DNA from: Enoplolaimus lenunculus
Taxonomy: Eukaryota
Length of the DNA stretch: 64,000 nucleotides
Reading direction: 5' to 3'
NCBI GenBank assembly: GCA_030248215.1
Contig: JASANG010000627.1
Span: forward strand, 496,001 to 560,000
A program made the translations under genes and the position numbers. Of this stretch, positions 12,501-23,991 are shown piece after piece. Each line of letters begins with the position of its first letter. Position 1 is the first letter of the stretch. The notes below the pieces were generated by a model. That model was not told the origin of the DNA, ran no database searches, and saw nothing but the letters and a program-made list of their open reading frames with translations.

Positions 12501-15500
12501 ACCGAGGCACCCATTAATTTCTGCGCTTTTTCAGTTACCGAGTACTTTAACCTGAACGGACAGGCTGAAATCCCAAGCTATCCGGGATAACTGAATACGC
12601 ATTGTGCGTTATAGACAATTTAATTATTATGCTTTAACAGTAATTTCACAGTTTAATTACCTGCAGAAATACAGTAAAATAGATAACAACAATGGTTGTC
12701 GTCAAATACATGTACTTATTCCGTACATAAAACGGATCCAACGCTGACACGAGACCGTACGCAATTGCGCCGCGAAGTCCACCGTACGCCATTATAAACT
12801 GGTCAACTTTGGCAAGTTTGATGATGCGAAAATTGTTGACAAAAAACGTTAAAACCACAACGCCTGAAAGTAAAATTTAAAATTTTATAAATAAATCAAG
12901 AGTAAGAGTACCGTTTTTACTGTGAGAATGGAGTTCCATCAATGGATGTAGGACAGGTCCGCAAACGTTTACCATTTTCTCTTAATCCTCAGCCGTGTTA
13001 TTTACGCTTTAAAATTTGAGCTATGTATAGATTAAACACAATGAAGTGAAATAAGATGTACGCTATAATTGAAAACTTAGCTTCACTTCGGGATGTCCCT
13101 AAACTGGATCAGCAATAAATAGCGAAACTTTTGGTTGTAACTGCGTATAGTTCGATGACCATTTTCAATAAAATTTGCGGCCAATGTTACTTTAAGGGGT
13201 GTAACAGTAGACTAAGCGTATTCCTAAGCCTAAGCCTAAGCGTTGCAAAATGAGTCCCTAAGCCAAAGCCAAAGCCTAAGCAAAAAATGTAATCTATAAT
13301 CTAAACCTCCAACTCTTTCATAGACCCACCAGAAATCAGGACGCCCCCTTGACAGTAACATGGGCCAAATTTGTTATAAAATTTGTAATTTTGCACAAGA
13401 GCTCTATTTGCAACCAAATCAAAAGTGAGCCGATTTACCTATAACGCGATAGACAAGGCAAAATAAAACGGTAAGACACACAAACGCAGTATTCCACTGA
13501 TGATCGTTAGTGACCGTTGAAAGACCGAGAAACATAAAAATGATCGTTTCTGAGCTTGAACTGAGCATTTTAAGAAAATACTTGATTGTTGTATGAGATT
13601 TTTCGGATACATTGCCTTGAACGTACTGTTTCATTGCGATACCACAGAATACAATGCTGAAATTTGACCACAACCATAGCAAACATTTGCGTCAGTACGC
13701 GACGCAAAATTGTGGCGGAGATAAAGATCACGGGTGGAACACGGTTTTTCTGCGGCACTGCAATTGAGTAAGCTTAAAGCTTTAGACTAATTTTTTGCTT
13801 AGACTTATAGGCGTATAGGCTTAGCTATAACCTCATTCTTACGTCTAAGCTTAGGCATAAAAACGTGCTTATACTACTGTAACAGTCCTGTTCTATACAT
13901 TGGCCCAAATTGTTCATGTGCAACTTATAATCCACTTAAAATGTGGGGAGCATTTTTTGGGGCAACGCGACGAAGTCCGTTTCAGTAGTTGAAATCATGG
14001 TGAGGATTATACACATTTTCTGGTATAAAATTTTGCGCCGTCTGTACGATTCTAAATGTTAAATAACGATCGAAGTGTGTGATATAAACGCTTTGGAGAC
14101 CGACTGAATATAGCAACCTGATACTGATTTTTTTACCGGAACCACAACAAGATATTAACCGGATACTGATTCTTTACCGGAACCACAACAAGATATTAAC
14201 CGGATACTGATTCTTTACCGGAACCACAACAAGATATTAACCGGATACTGATTCTTTACCGGAACCACAACAAGATATTAACCGGATACTGATTCTTTAC
14301 CGGAACCACAACAAGATATTAACCGGATACTGATTCTTTACCGGAACCACAACAAGATATTAACACGGATATAGGATCTAAATGTGTGCACTGATGGTAG
14401 TATTTCTATTTGAGTAGCGCCAAAATATATGTTAAATGATATGAAATTAACTATTGGCTCAGATTTCACGTCAGTGTCACTTCTTGACTTGCCCGCAATT
14501 GCGTCGTAACTAATCATTTCGTCTTTCCATATCTAAAAAGCATTTTTCACCTTGATAGGGGGCTAAACATAGGGGCACAGAAGGCTTTTCGATCATTTAC
14601 AAGCCAGGTTGAAAATTTGTAGCCATAATTCTTCCAGGAGGGGGCGGAGCCAACTGTTGCCCCCCATCTGGACACGGGTGCGTACCAGAAACATTATAAA
14701 CTGTTCGAAATACTTACGCAATAATTCCAGATAAGTGAAATAATTCCGCAGACAGATATGCTGAATACGCCATCACGAATACAAACAACGGCTCGAGCAC
14801 CCGGACATGTTTTGTAAATCTAAAATATAATTAAATTGTTTTATATATGTGTATCTCTGTCATTTTGTTTCGAATGTACTCAAATGTCGTTTTAAGTTTT
14901 CTACTGCCAAATTCCAAGGACATTACACTTATCACCTTGGTCAGCTCTATGTGAAATTTACACTATTACTCAAACTGCATGATCTCTTTTTGTTTATTTT
15001 GATCAATATATGCTTTCGTTTAAACAACACGCCTAGAAATCTTCAGGGCCGCAACTACGTACGTGAGCGGCCGCTCCGCCGATCATCTACGGACATTTAT
15101 TTCTTCCCATGCTGATAAATTCACCAATAGCATAAAGAAAACTTCTATGTACTGACAATTTATCTTGACACTTTCCCTGGAATCCCCCTGACCCTTTCTG
15201 CTATTAATTCCTGGTTGCGGATACTGGTATCTTGAGGATAAGTGTACTCGATGCAGATTACGTATAAACCGTAGCATAATACTGTAACCTATACTTTACG
15301 CTTCAAAAATGACTGAAGGCAAAAAATTGATCTGACGGTACTATAACAGACAAAATAAAGCTGCATATGGATATTAGTATTTGTTGCCAGCTGTTAAAGC
15401 AGCAGCCTCTACCGTCCAAACGGCCAACAAGCCAACTTTATTTTAATCACTTAGATGTAGTTATCTATCACTAGGGACTATATTCTCAAATGGGTATAAC

Positions 15501-18500
15501 ACCTGTCACCAGTAAGCAATTTGTTGTTGGACTGGCGAAAGCTTGCAATTGCAGATCTCAAAATTGAAACAGTGTAGTAATAGAAAACTTCAAATTTAAA
15601 AGGCTGCGCTGAATGTCAAATATCTTCATTTACCAGTTCAAACATTGCAAGACCTGTCGCCAACCGATAATAGGTGTTAATACAGGCATTTGAGAATACG
15701 GGTCTAGATTTATAGAATAGTTAAATTGAACACGGGTCTAGATTTAAACAATACTTAAATGTTTTTACTTCGTAGTAAAACTAATGAGCAATGCCCATAC
15801 AATGCCGACTAGAACTCCGCCCAACGCGACCACAAAAAACGAGCATAATCCAGCAAATATATCGATCGGCAAAATGTTGTCAGATCCAATTTTCTCAAAC
15901 GATTCAAACATTCGATATAAAACCTAAATTTAGTAAACAAATTAGGCACAAATAAGACAACGCAAATTTTCGGCAAATTTATTACATTTTCATTTTTGAG
16001 ACTGGATAATACTGGCAGATCCAAGCCGGCCAGCCAGGCCACAGCCACCAACACAAATCGGTTCCCGGCCGAAGATCGCCGGACAAGATTCCGCCGGACA
16101 GACGGCCATCGGACAATAGACAGCGTGGACGAAGAGGCGACAAACACCCTGGACAATAGGTGTTCAGACAAAAGGCCGTCCTGACAAACGACCGCCTGGA
16201 CAAAAGGCCGTTTGGACAAAAGACTACCTGGAAAAAGGCCGCCTGGACAAAAGAGCGCCTGGACAAAAGGCCGCCTGCACAAAAGACTGTCTGGACAAAA
16301 GACCGTCCGAACAAAAGAATCTTTGGACAAAAGGCCGCCCAGATATAAGGCCGTCTGGACAAAAGACCGCCTGGACAAAAACCCGCCCGGACAAAAACAT
16401 CCAATGTGTGACCAAAACGTAGCACATTCAGAGCGCAAACCTTATAACTAGCAGTGCAGCGCAGCCACCCCTGTATGATAGCTTAAGTTATTCGGCTGAT
16501 TCGATATTAAAAATCACAAGCATAGCTTTGGCTGGGAAAGCTGCAATCAGGGAAAATTTAGCCGTTTGAATTTTCCGCTTTCCAAGTTTCACCAGAAAAA
16601 CTTATGTTTGTGACTTGATACCAATCCTGCTGAATTGCTAGCCGTCATATAGGAGTCGCTGCGCTGACCTTCTGGTCATAAGCTTTATACATCGATTTAT
16701 TTTGGTTTCAACAATAAACAAAAACAACAACAAATGTTTGTTCCATTATTTTGACCACAGTCCGTTTCCGTTATTATTACTTTTCGTTTACAGCATGGTT
16801 TGCAGAGCTTATATTGGTTATTCAAATCACTCTGCTTCCATAGCGAGTCTTTGTTTGAAAACCCGTGGCTTAATTCAACGGCTAATCAATAATCACCATT
16901 ACTAATATTTATTATATACAAAACGGGTTAACGCAAAATTAATCGTGTTTGCTCATTCTGTCCTTTTGCCCAAGCGGCCTTTTGGCCAGGCAGTCATTTC
17001 TTTGTTTGGTCTTTTGTCCGGGCGGCCGTACGTCCGGACGGTCTTTTGTCTGGACGGTCTTTTGCTCGGCCGTTCTTGGTCTGGACGGTCCTCTGTCCGG
17101 ATGGCTTTTTGCGCGGACGGCGTTTTGTCAGGACGGTTTTTTGTCCAGGATACTTTTTTATCCGGACGGTGTTTTGTCCAGATAGTGTTTTGTCCGGACG
17201 GTCTTTTGTCCAGATAGTGTTTTGTCCGGACGGTCTTTTGTCCAGATAGTGTTTTGTCCGGACGGTCTTTTGTCCAGATAGTGTTTTGTCCGGACGGTCT
17301 TTTGTCCAGATAGTGTTTTGTCCGGACGGTGTTTTGTCCAGATAGTGTTTTGTCCGGACGGTGTTTTGTCCAGATAGTGTTTTGTCCGGGCGGTGTTTTG
17401 TCCGGATAGTTTTTTTAACGGACGGTGTTTTGTCCAGATAGTGTTTTGTCCGGACGGTGTTTTGTCCAGATAGTGTTTTGTCCGGACGGTGTTTTGTCCA
17501 GATAGTGTTTTGTCCGACGGTTTTTGTCCGGTGTTTTTGTCCGGACGGTGTTTTGTCCAGATAGTGTTTTGTCCGGACGGTTTTTTGTCCAGATCTTTTC
17601 CGACGGTGTTTTGTCCAGATAGTGTTTTGTCCCCCCGGACGGTGTTTTGTCCAGATAGTGTTTTGTCCGGACGGTGTTTTGTCCAGATAGTGTTTTGTCC
17701 GGACGGTGTTTTGTCCAGATAGTGTTTTGTCCGGACGGTGTTTTGTCCAGATAGTGTTTTGTCCGGACGGTGTTTTGTCCAGATAGTGTTTTGTCCGGAC
17801 GGTGTTTTGTCCAGATAGTGTTTTGTCCGGACGGTGTTTTGTCCAGATAGTGTTTTGTCCGGACGGTGTTTTGTCCAGATAGTGTTTTGTCCGGACGGTG
17901 TTTTGTCCAGATAGTGTTTTGTCCGGACGGTGTTTTGTCCAGATGGTGTTTTGTCCGGACGGTGTTTTGTCCAGATAGTGTTTTGTCCGGACGGTTTTTT
18001 GTCCAGGATACTTTTTTATCCGGACGGTGTTTTGTCCAGATAGTGTTTTGTCCGGACGGTGTTTTGTCCAGATAGTGTTTTGTCCGGACGGTTTTTTGTC
18101 CAGGATACTTTTTTATCCGGACGGTGTTTTGTCCAGATAGTGTTTTGTCCGGACGGTGTTTTGTCCAGATAGTGTTTTGTCCGGACGGCGTTTTGTCCAG
18201 ATAGTGTTTTGTCCGGACGGTGTTTTGTCCAGATGGTGTTTTGTCCGGACGGTGTTTTGTCCAGATAGTGTTTTGTCCGGACGGTTTTTTGTCCAGGATA
18301 CTTTTTTATCCGGACGGTGTTTTGTCCAGATAGTGTTTTGTCCGGACGGTGTTTTGTCCAGATAGTGTTTTGTCCGGACGGTGTTTTGTCCAGATAGTGT
18401 TTTGTCCAGATAGTGTTTTGTCCGGACGGTGTTTTGTCCAGATAGTGTTTTGTCCGGACGGTGTTTTGTCCAGATAGTGTTTTGTCCGGACGGTTTTTTG

Positions 18501-21500
18501 TCCAGGATACTTTTTTATCCGGACGGTCTTTTGTCCAGATAGTGTTTTGTCCGGACGGTTTTTTGTCCAGGATACTTTTTTATCCGGACGGTGTTTTGTC
18601 CAGATAGTGTTTTGTCCGGACGGTGTTTTGTCCAGATAGTGTTTTGTCCGGACGGTGTTTTGTCCAGATAGTGTTTTGTCCGGACGGTGTTTTGTCCAGA
18701 TAGTGTTTTGTCCGGACGGTGTTTTGTCCAGATAGTGTTTTGTCCGGACGGTGTTTTGTCCAGATAGTGTTTTGTCCGGACGGTGTTTTGTCCAGATGGT
18801 GTTTTGTCCGGACGGTGTTTTGTCCAGATAGTGTTTTGTCCGGACGGTCTTTTGTCCAGATAGTGTTTTGTCCGGACGGTCTTTTGTCCAGATAGTGTTT
18901 TGTCCGGACGGTCTTTTGTCCAGATAGTGTTTTGTCCGGACGGTCTTTTGTCCAGATAGTGTTTTGTCCGGACGGTCTTTTGTCCAGATAGTGTTTTGTC
19001 CGGACGGTCTTTTGTCCTATCGGTCTTTTGTTCGGAGGGCCCTTTGTCCAGGTGGTCTTTTGTAAGGAGAGCCTTTTATCCAAGCGGCCTTTTGTCCAGG
19101 ATATCTTTTGTCCCGACGGTCTTTTGTCCGGACCTGTTTGACACCCGTGCACTAGTGACCCGAATAAAAGGGGGACTGTAATTTTACAATCTAATTAAGG
19201 TTCCATAGCAGAAAACTGACCAAAATTAGTTTCCTTATACACCTATTTAAGTGTTGCATATGTCTTAATCAGAAGACTCAACTCAAAACCATTTTTCCAA
19301 CCACAATGTTATTGGAGCTAATGCGAAACTAGAATTTGGACACGGTAAAGGTCAGAAATACAGAATTTAAAACCGTTCAGTTCCGTTATGAATGAATATT
19401 TAGTATATCCGGTATCGTGACTATATATGACGGACATCATGTTTTGCGAAATAATATTTTAGTTTTACGAATTGATATGGGAGAGGTTTTAGACGCCGCA
19501 TTCATTTTCTGACTACTCGCCTGTGTTAAAAATGGTAAAAATACTAGAGTATGCCACATTTAAAAATAAATATCCGAACCCGGAATTTTTGGCGAAGATA
19601 CTCCGAATCACCGGAATACCCGAACTCGGATGCAATTTTAAAAGATAACTTAATATATTAACTTTACCACAGACACAGCATCGTTGAGCAATGATTCACC
19701 GAATACAATGATATATAACATTTCGTTGACGTGAACTTCTTCAAATACAACCAAAACAGCAACAGGATCAACTGCAGAAATAAGCGCAGCAAATATCATA
19801 ACTTCTAATAATGGAGTTGTTGTACCAAACAATCCTGTGCGACCAATTCCGTACAAAGAAAACCCTGAAATAAACAATGATTTCAGTTTTAGTCGCGCCC
19901 GTGGCCGACGGGGGGGGCTGGAATGAGGGCGCAGCCTCCCGCCGTGAAAAAATTTGGCTCCACTGGAAAATTTTCAACCTTGGTTGTAAGTCATTGAAAA
20001 CACTTGTATGCTGCCACTCTTGACACGTTTTTTAGCTCCTGTCCTTGCAATGTGAGCCAGTTACAGGCTTGGTTTTCGTCCTCTGGTTAAAAGGTTGCAA
20101 AATATAGCAAAAGGAAATAACTTTCTTTTTTGGACTCAAGATTCATTAAACTACGTGTGTAAAAGTACCCTTTTCTTTGTCTCTTCAGAAATTTCGAAAT
20201 CAGTAATATATCTTCTCATCTTTCGCCTTGAATAATGTCCCTTGGTGCTGTACAAAAACACTAATTAATTGAAAAAATAAAACCTCTAAAAACTGACCAA
20301 TAGTCATCGTGTTCCATATCGTTCCAAGCACTGCGTACACTAGAATTGTGCCCAAATTTTCAAAAAACGCCTTGCACGGCATGAAAAATCCAGCATCGAA
20401 CACAATCGGCGGCAAAAGAAACAAAAAGAAAATTTCCGATTGCAAATGAAACTTTGATTCTTCGACCAATAAAAACAAAATAAGTCCTACGATAAGACCC
20501 AAAACAATTAGCAGCGAACTGTCTGGAAATACTGACGCCAATCGCTTTGATAGGTGGAATCCTTAAACAAAAACCACGTTGCTGTTAAAATATTGACATG
20601 CATACACTAACGGATCCAGAGGGTAGCGGGTGGGGGTTGTACGCCCCGCATGTCAGAACTTTTTTGTGAAAAACGATAACGCTCCGCCCTACCATATAAT
20701 TTTCTCTCTCAGAAAATTGGCATCTACAGCATTCAGTATAAATTGTGTTTAATAATTTTTGCCAGCCCGCATCGGTCGGAAATTTCTGGATCCGCTGCTG
20801 CTTACATTATCATAAATGTAACTTCTCGCCAGCCAGATTTACACCTTTGGTCAAAAGCCGTGACAAACGACCACCAGTCATTCTCTATATGATAAACCTT
20901 GAAAGCACGACACTAATATCGAAAGCGTGCCAGCGTTTGCATACATTTGTTATTGTTTTGTAACTTAAACCAGGATTACAATGGAAATGGAACGGGCCAC
21001 CGGCCGGCCGGCTTTGTAGCGGTCAGACCGTAGCAGGCTGCCGGCTATACCGGTAAATCCGGCCTAGTCAGCCTCGAACATGTTCTTGATAGTAAAATAA
21101 TTGTATTACTATCAAATTCGTCTACCGTGATATGGTTTTTCATTAAAATTTATTACGTGATAGCATTTCTTAACTTCAAAACAACGAAAGGTCCGGCCGG
21201 TTGGTGGTGGCCAAAAACTTAATGAACTCTTAGATACACGGCTGCATTTGTTACTTGAACTAAAATTAAGTTTACTTAAACTGGTGTTAAACTTAAAAAC
21301 ACGTTAGTTTAAGTAAAACTTAAAAATCTAGTTTAGTTAGTCCGTCCAGCCAGTTAAGTTTTACTTAAACTGGTATTCAAGTTTAGTTAAGCTATCATTA
21401 AAGTTTAAGGTTTTAGAGAGTACAAAAATATTTCGAAATTTTCGGAAAACTTTTACCTTAGGACAAGACATACCTATTTTGGCAAATCCAGCCAGTAACA

Positions 21501-21696
21501 ACCATAACGCAATGGTTAACGGTCCTTGAACATGGTTCCAGTCAATGCTGGCAACACGAAATCGAGTCACATTCGGTCGTGTTACATTAGCGAAATCGTC
21601 ATTAGTAGAGTCATAGCTTGTGCTGGATGATGCAGAAATTAGCACAGCGCATGCTGTTGCTAGTATCACTGTCCCGATTCCAGTTATACGATTCAT
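577..21696 (-). CDS. Na+/H+ exchanger, SLC9A plasma-membrane/NHE1-3-like (nematode nhx-type); 17 exons, ~1001 aa
   Basis: Hand-spliced exons (plus coordinates, in transcript order): 21474-21696, 20298-20561, 19668-19864, 15769-15923, 14718-14819, 13439-13656, 12661-12863, 11206-11295, 8818-8888, 7387-7620, 6075-6240, 4873-4983, 3919-3990, 2879-3148, 2320-2644, 1380-1481, 577-779. All are GT-AG with consistent phases, total 3006 nt. CPA1 motifs seen: [71 protein letters not shown]. The N-terminus is signal-like and hydrophobic. The tail exons (below ~7600) rest on frame and splice consistency only. The exact paralogue was not assigned. Confidence 0.93.
2130..2281. mobile_element. Telomere-repeat-carrying MITE, subfamily B (left end unclear)
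   Basis: Near-identical internal sequence to 3715-3834 (ACACATTTTTGCAACGCTTAGGC...GGAATACGCTTAAT.TACTGTTACG) and a right TIR GTAACATTAACC. Confidence 0.7.
3687..3835. mobile_element. Telomere-repeat-carrying MITE, subfamily B
   Basis: Ends GGCCCATGTTAG.../...GTAACATTGACC(C). AAAACTGC is duplicated on both sides (8-9-bp TSD). TTAGGC blocks with an AACACATTTTTGCAACG spacer. Confidence 0.83.
4430..4820. mobile_element. hAT-like MITE family 1 (CAGGGTGCAACCGGA termini)
   Basis: Right TIR TCCGGTTGCACCCTG. TSD AAACAAAG/AAACTAAG. Internal homology to 46168-46513 and ~54060-54340. Confidence 0.8.
6396..6613. mobile_element. Telomere-repeat (TTAGGC)-carrying MITE, subfamily A
   Basis: TIRs GGCCTATGTACAGAATAGGGCCGGA / TCCGACCATGTTCTATACATGGGCC. 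Perfect 8-bp TSD ATTGGTTT (6388-6395, 6614-6621). Internal (GCCTAA)n in two blocks (~4 and ~9 units). Confidence 0.9.
8957..9169. mobile_element. Telomere-repeat-carrying MITE, subfamily A
   Basis: Ends GGTCCATG.../...CATTGGCC. Perfect TSD CAAAATGC (8949-8956, 9170-9177). Internal TTAGGC blocks and the shared AAGCTTTAGACTA motif. Confidence 0.87.
12000..12202. mobile_element. Telomere-repeat-carrying MITE, subfamily A (opposite orientation to the 6396 copy)
   Basis: TIRs GTTCCATGTATAGCACAGGGCCGGA / TCCGGCCCAGTTCTATACCTGGGCC. TSD GCAGTGAG/GCAGTCAG. Two TTAGGC blocks. Confidence 0.88.
13179..13366. mobile_element. Telomere-repeat-carrying MITE, subfamily B
   Basis: TIRs GGCCAATGTTAC.../...GTAACATGGGCC. 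TSD AAATTTGC/AAATTTGT. Internal GCCTAA blocks separated by a CGTTGCAAAA spacer. Confidence 0.85.
13714..13905. mobile_element. Telomere-repeat-carrying MITE, subfamily A (degenerate)
   Basis: Right TIR ...CCTGTTCTATACATTGGCC. TSD AAAATTGT/CAAATTGT. Decayed TTAGGC blocks. Confidence 0.75.
14120..14365. repeat. 41-bp minisatellite, ~6 copies
   Basis: Unit GGATACTGATTCTTTACCGGAACCACAACAAGATATTAACC starts at ~14120, 14161, 14202, 14243, 14284 and 14325. The copies are nearly identical. Confidence 0.96.
16059..16400 (+). repeat. Degenerate 15/16-bp tandem array (GGACAAAAGRCCGYCT), left arm of a foldback-like element
   Basis: About 20 units of GGACAAAAGGCCGCCT-like sequence. It is the reverse complement of the 16957-19147 array. 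Confidence 0.88.
16441..16683. mobile_element. Small inverted-repeat element (MITE-like) in the foldback spacer
   Basis: CTTATAACTAGCAGTGCAGCGCAGCCACCCCTGTATGATAGCT (16441-16483) pairs imperfectly with AGCCGTCATATAGGAGTCGCTGCGCTGACCTTCTGGTCATAAG (~16640-16682). Confidence 0.6.
16957..19147 (-). repeat. ~2.2-kb minisatellite, 16-bp monomer organised as a 32-bp dimer (TCCGGACGGTGTTTTG-TCCAGATAGTGTTTTG); right arm of the foldback
   Basis: The 32-bp period is directly visible (e.g. 17161 to 17193). The core is homogeneous and the edges are degenerate. It lies in NHE intron 3 (15924-19667). Confidence 0.97.
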
Positions 21697-23991
21697 AATT
21701 GTTAATATTTTAACGTTGGTTCATGGTTTAAGCCAAATACAAATGAATATATGCGTTTGATTTGAAAGTTTCGCTCATTATTTAATGCATGAGGAAATGT
21801 TTTGCTTTTTGTCAAGTTGTAACACAAAATGATCTGTATTATCATATCGCTGAGAATTCTGCTGCTGAAAAACAAAATATTTGGTCGCATAACGCTGGCG
21901 ATATATTTTTTGGCGATTTTTAGGTTAGTGGGCGCCGTACAACGACGGATACAGAGTTGATACTGGTAGTCCCATTAGAAAATTTTTTATGATTAAAACG
22001 AGTAAAATCCCTTACCTTACAAAATTTAACTTTTGTATAACAAAAATTGTGTATGGCTTTTACCGCTTGCTCCGCCCACGAAGACTATATATTGTTCATC
22101 AGCGATAAATTTCGCAATCCGCCAGAAAGATAGTCGTTTATTAGACTACTGCACGCAAATCATACAAAAGGAATGGATTTTAAGCAGATAATCAATGACA
22201 ACGTAATGCGATTTTTCATGTTAAACAACCAATTCTAACCGTCATGATTCGTGACTATTGCAAATATAAATGCCATATACTTTCCAACACTAGGCCTTGT
22301 GGCCCATATTACTGGCAAACACATAGCTATAACTCGGAACCAGGAACCGTTAATACATCTGTAGTAAACCGGGGCTTCATCTGCGACGGGTCTACTAAAA
22401 AGGGTGTAGTCAGGGGCCGATTCAGAAATTTCTAATGGAGAATGGCACCTAATATATAATAATAAAAAAGCACGAAGGCAAGCCGATTGAATAGCAAACC
22501 ACAATTTCAGCATAAAATCTCAATGCAAAAATTTGGTTTTGATCCCTGTTTATTCCACACAAGCCCGCCGTTCCGTGCAGGTCACCGAGGCACCAATTAA
22601 GATGTGACTAGGCAGACCCTTTATGATAAATTAAGGTCCTATGTGCGCCAAGGGGCCTATTATTAATTTTCTACGAGTGACCAAGCCATTTAGGTATTGA
22701 GTATGAATCACTCAAAGTGAGCCCCCTAAGAGCCTAGAAGGGGTAAGGGTGTGCTAATCTCGGCACTATGTGTAGCGTCCGCCGCATTTACGCCCATGAT
22801 TATGCAACTAAACTTTCGGCGTCTTTGATACAATTCTGTAGCTTTCTTGTTGAAAGTTCCTGGTTGACGGTGGTAGTAAATTAGCCTTCATAAAAAAATG
22901 TCAATATATTCGGATATCCGAAAAAAAGATCCGGCAAAAATTGCAAGATATCTGGATATAAAAAATATTCAGTGTCCAGCTGTAGTTTTCACACTACAGC
23001 GAACAAATCAAAACTGGGTTATTTTTGAAAACAGGTACTCCATCTGGCTCACCGAACATATAAAACGATACAACACTGGCAAACCATATCATTGAAATAA
23101 ACGTATGTATAACATTTCAATCAATGGTTAAATACACACAATTATATAAATAGTGTGGTTACTCGGGCAACCCTTTATTTTCGCGAAAAGATAGCTTTTG
23201 GATTCGAAATTAATAGTATAATCTTATACGCTGCGCACTTCGTTATATTACAGTTATATAATGAATTGCGAAAATTGAAAAACTAAAATCCCCTTTTTTT
23301 GAAGAATACATGCTATTTTAGCTACACTGTATTCAAATTTTGATATATTTCCCTCGTTGAATCATAGTTTATATAAAGCAGCAAGGGAGCCGCGGCTGGC
23401 CTATCTTAGCCCCTACTATCTGTCAGATGGAAGCTCATTTTCTAAGGCATCACCACTGTGTAACCGATACAAAAATGGCTAAACTTCAAAATTGTCAGAC
23501 CAGGTCTCGAACGCTAGTCAAAAGTGCCCATGAACGCTACTAAAGTCTCAAAATGTACTGAGCCAGTGTAACCAAATTCGTTCAATGAAATGTTCTTCTA
23601 AACAAGAGACAAAAAGCAAAATCATAACTAAAAAATCGACCAACGACATGCAACTCTCTGCGTGTTCTTCCCAAATCTAAAGATGCTCTTTTGGTGTGTT
23701 TTTTAAATTTGCACAACATTTAATGTTCATATTTTGCTACTCTATCGCTCGTACAGTGTATTTCTAACAATTCTAGAAACGTTAACTACTCTACGCCACC
23801 GTATAATCTGTTTAATTACACTGACAAGATGCTTTGTCAATTTTAATTAGTGTTGTCTTTTTGCAGCATGTGCTGTTTGTGTACGATACTAGAGAGCGCT
23901 AAAGCCCGCTCGTAGCCAGCTTACCTTGCTAGCGAGGGTTAAGATATTTCAGGAGGGGCATATAAGGCTATTCGTTGACTTTACGAGCAAG

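Noticed and set aside
14120..14365. CRISPR-like regular repeat
   Set aside because: The units are head-to-tail identical with no unique spacers, the context is a eukaryotic intron, and there are no cas genes.
15809..19181. Many 60-209-aa ORFs on both strands
   Set aside because: They are translations of the 16/32-bp tandem arrays (32-aa periodicity). The only real exon nearby is NHE 15769-15923, in a different frame.
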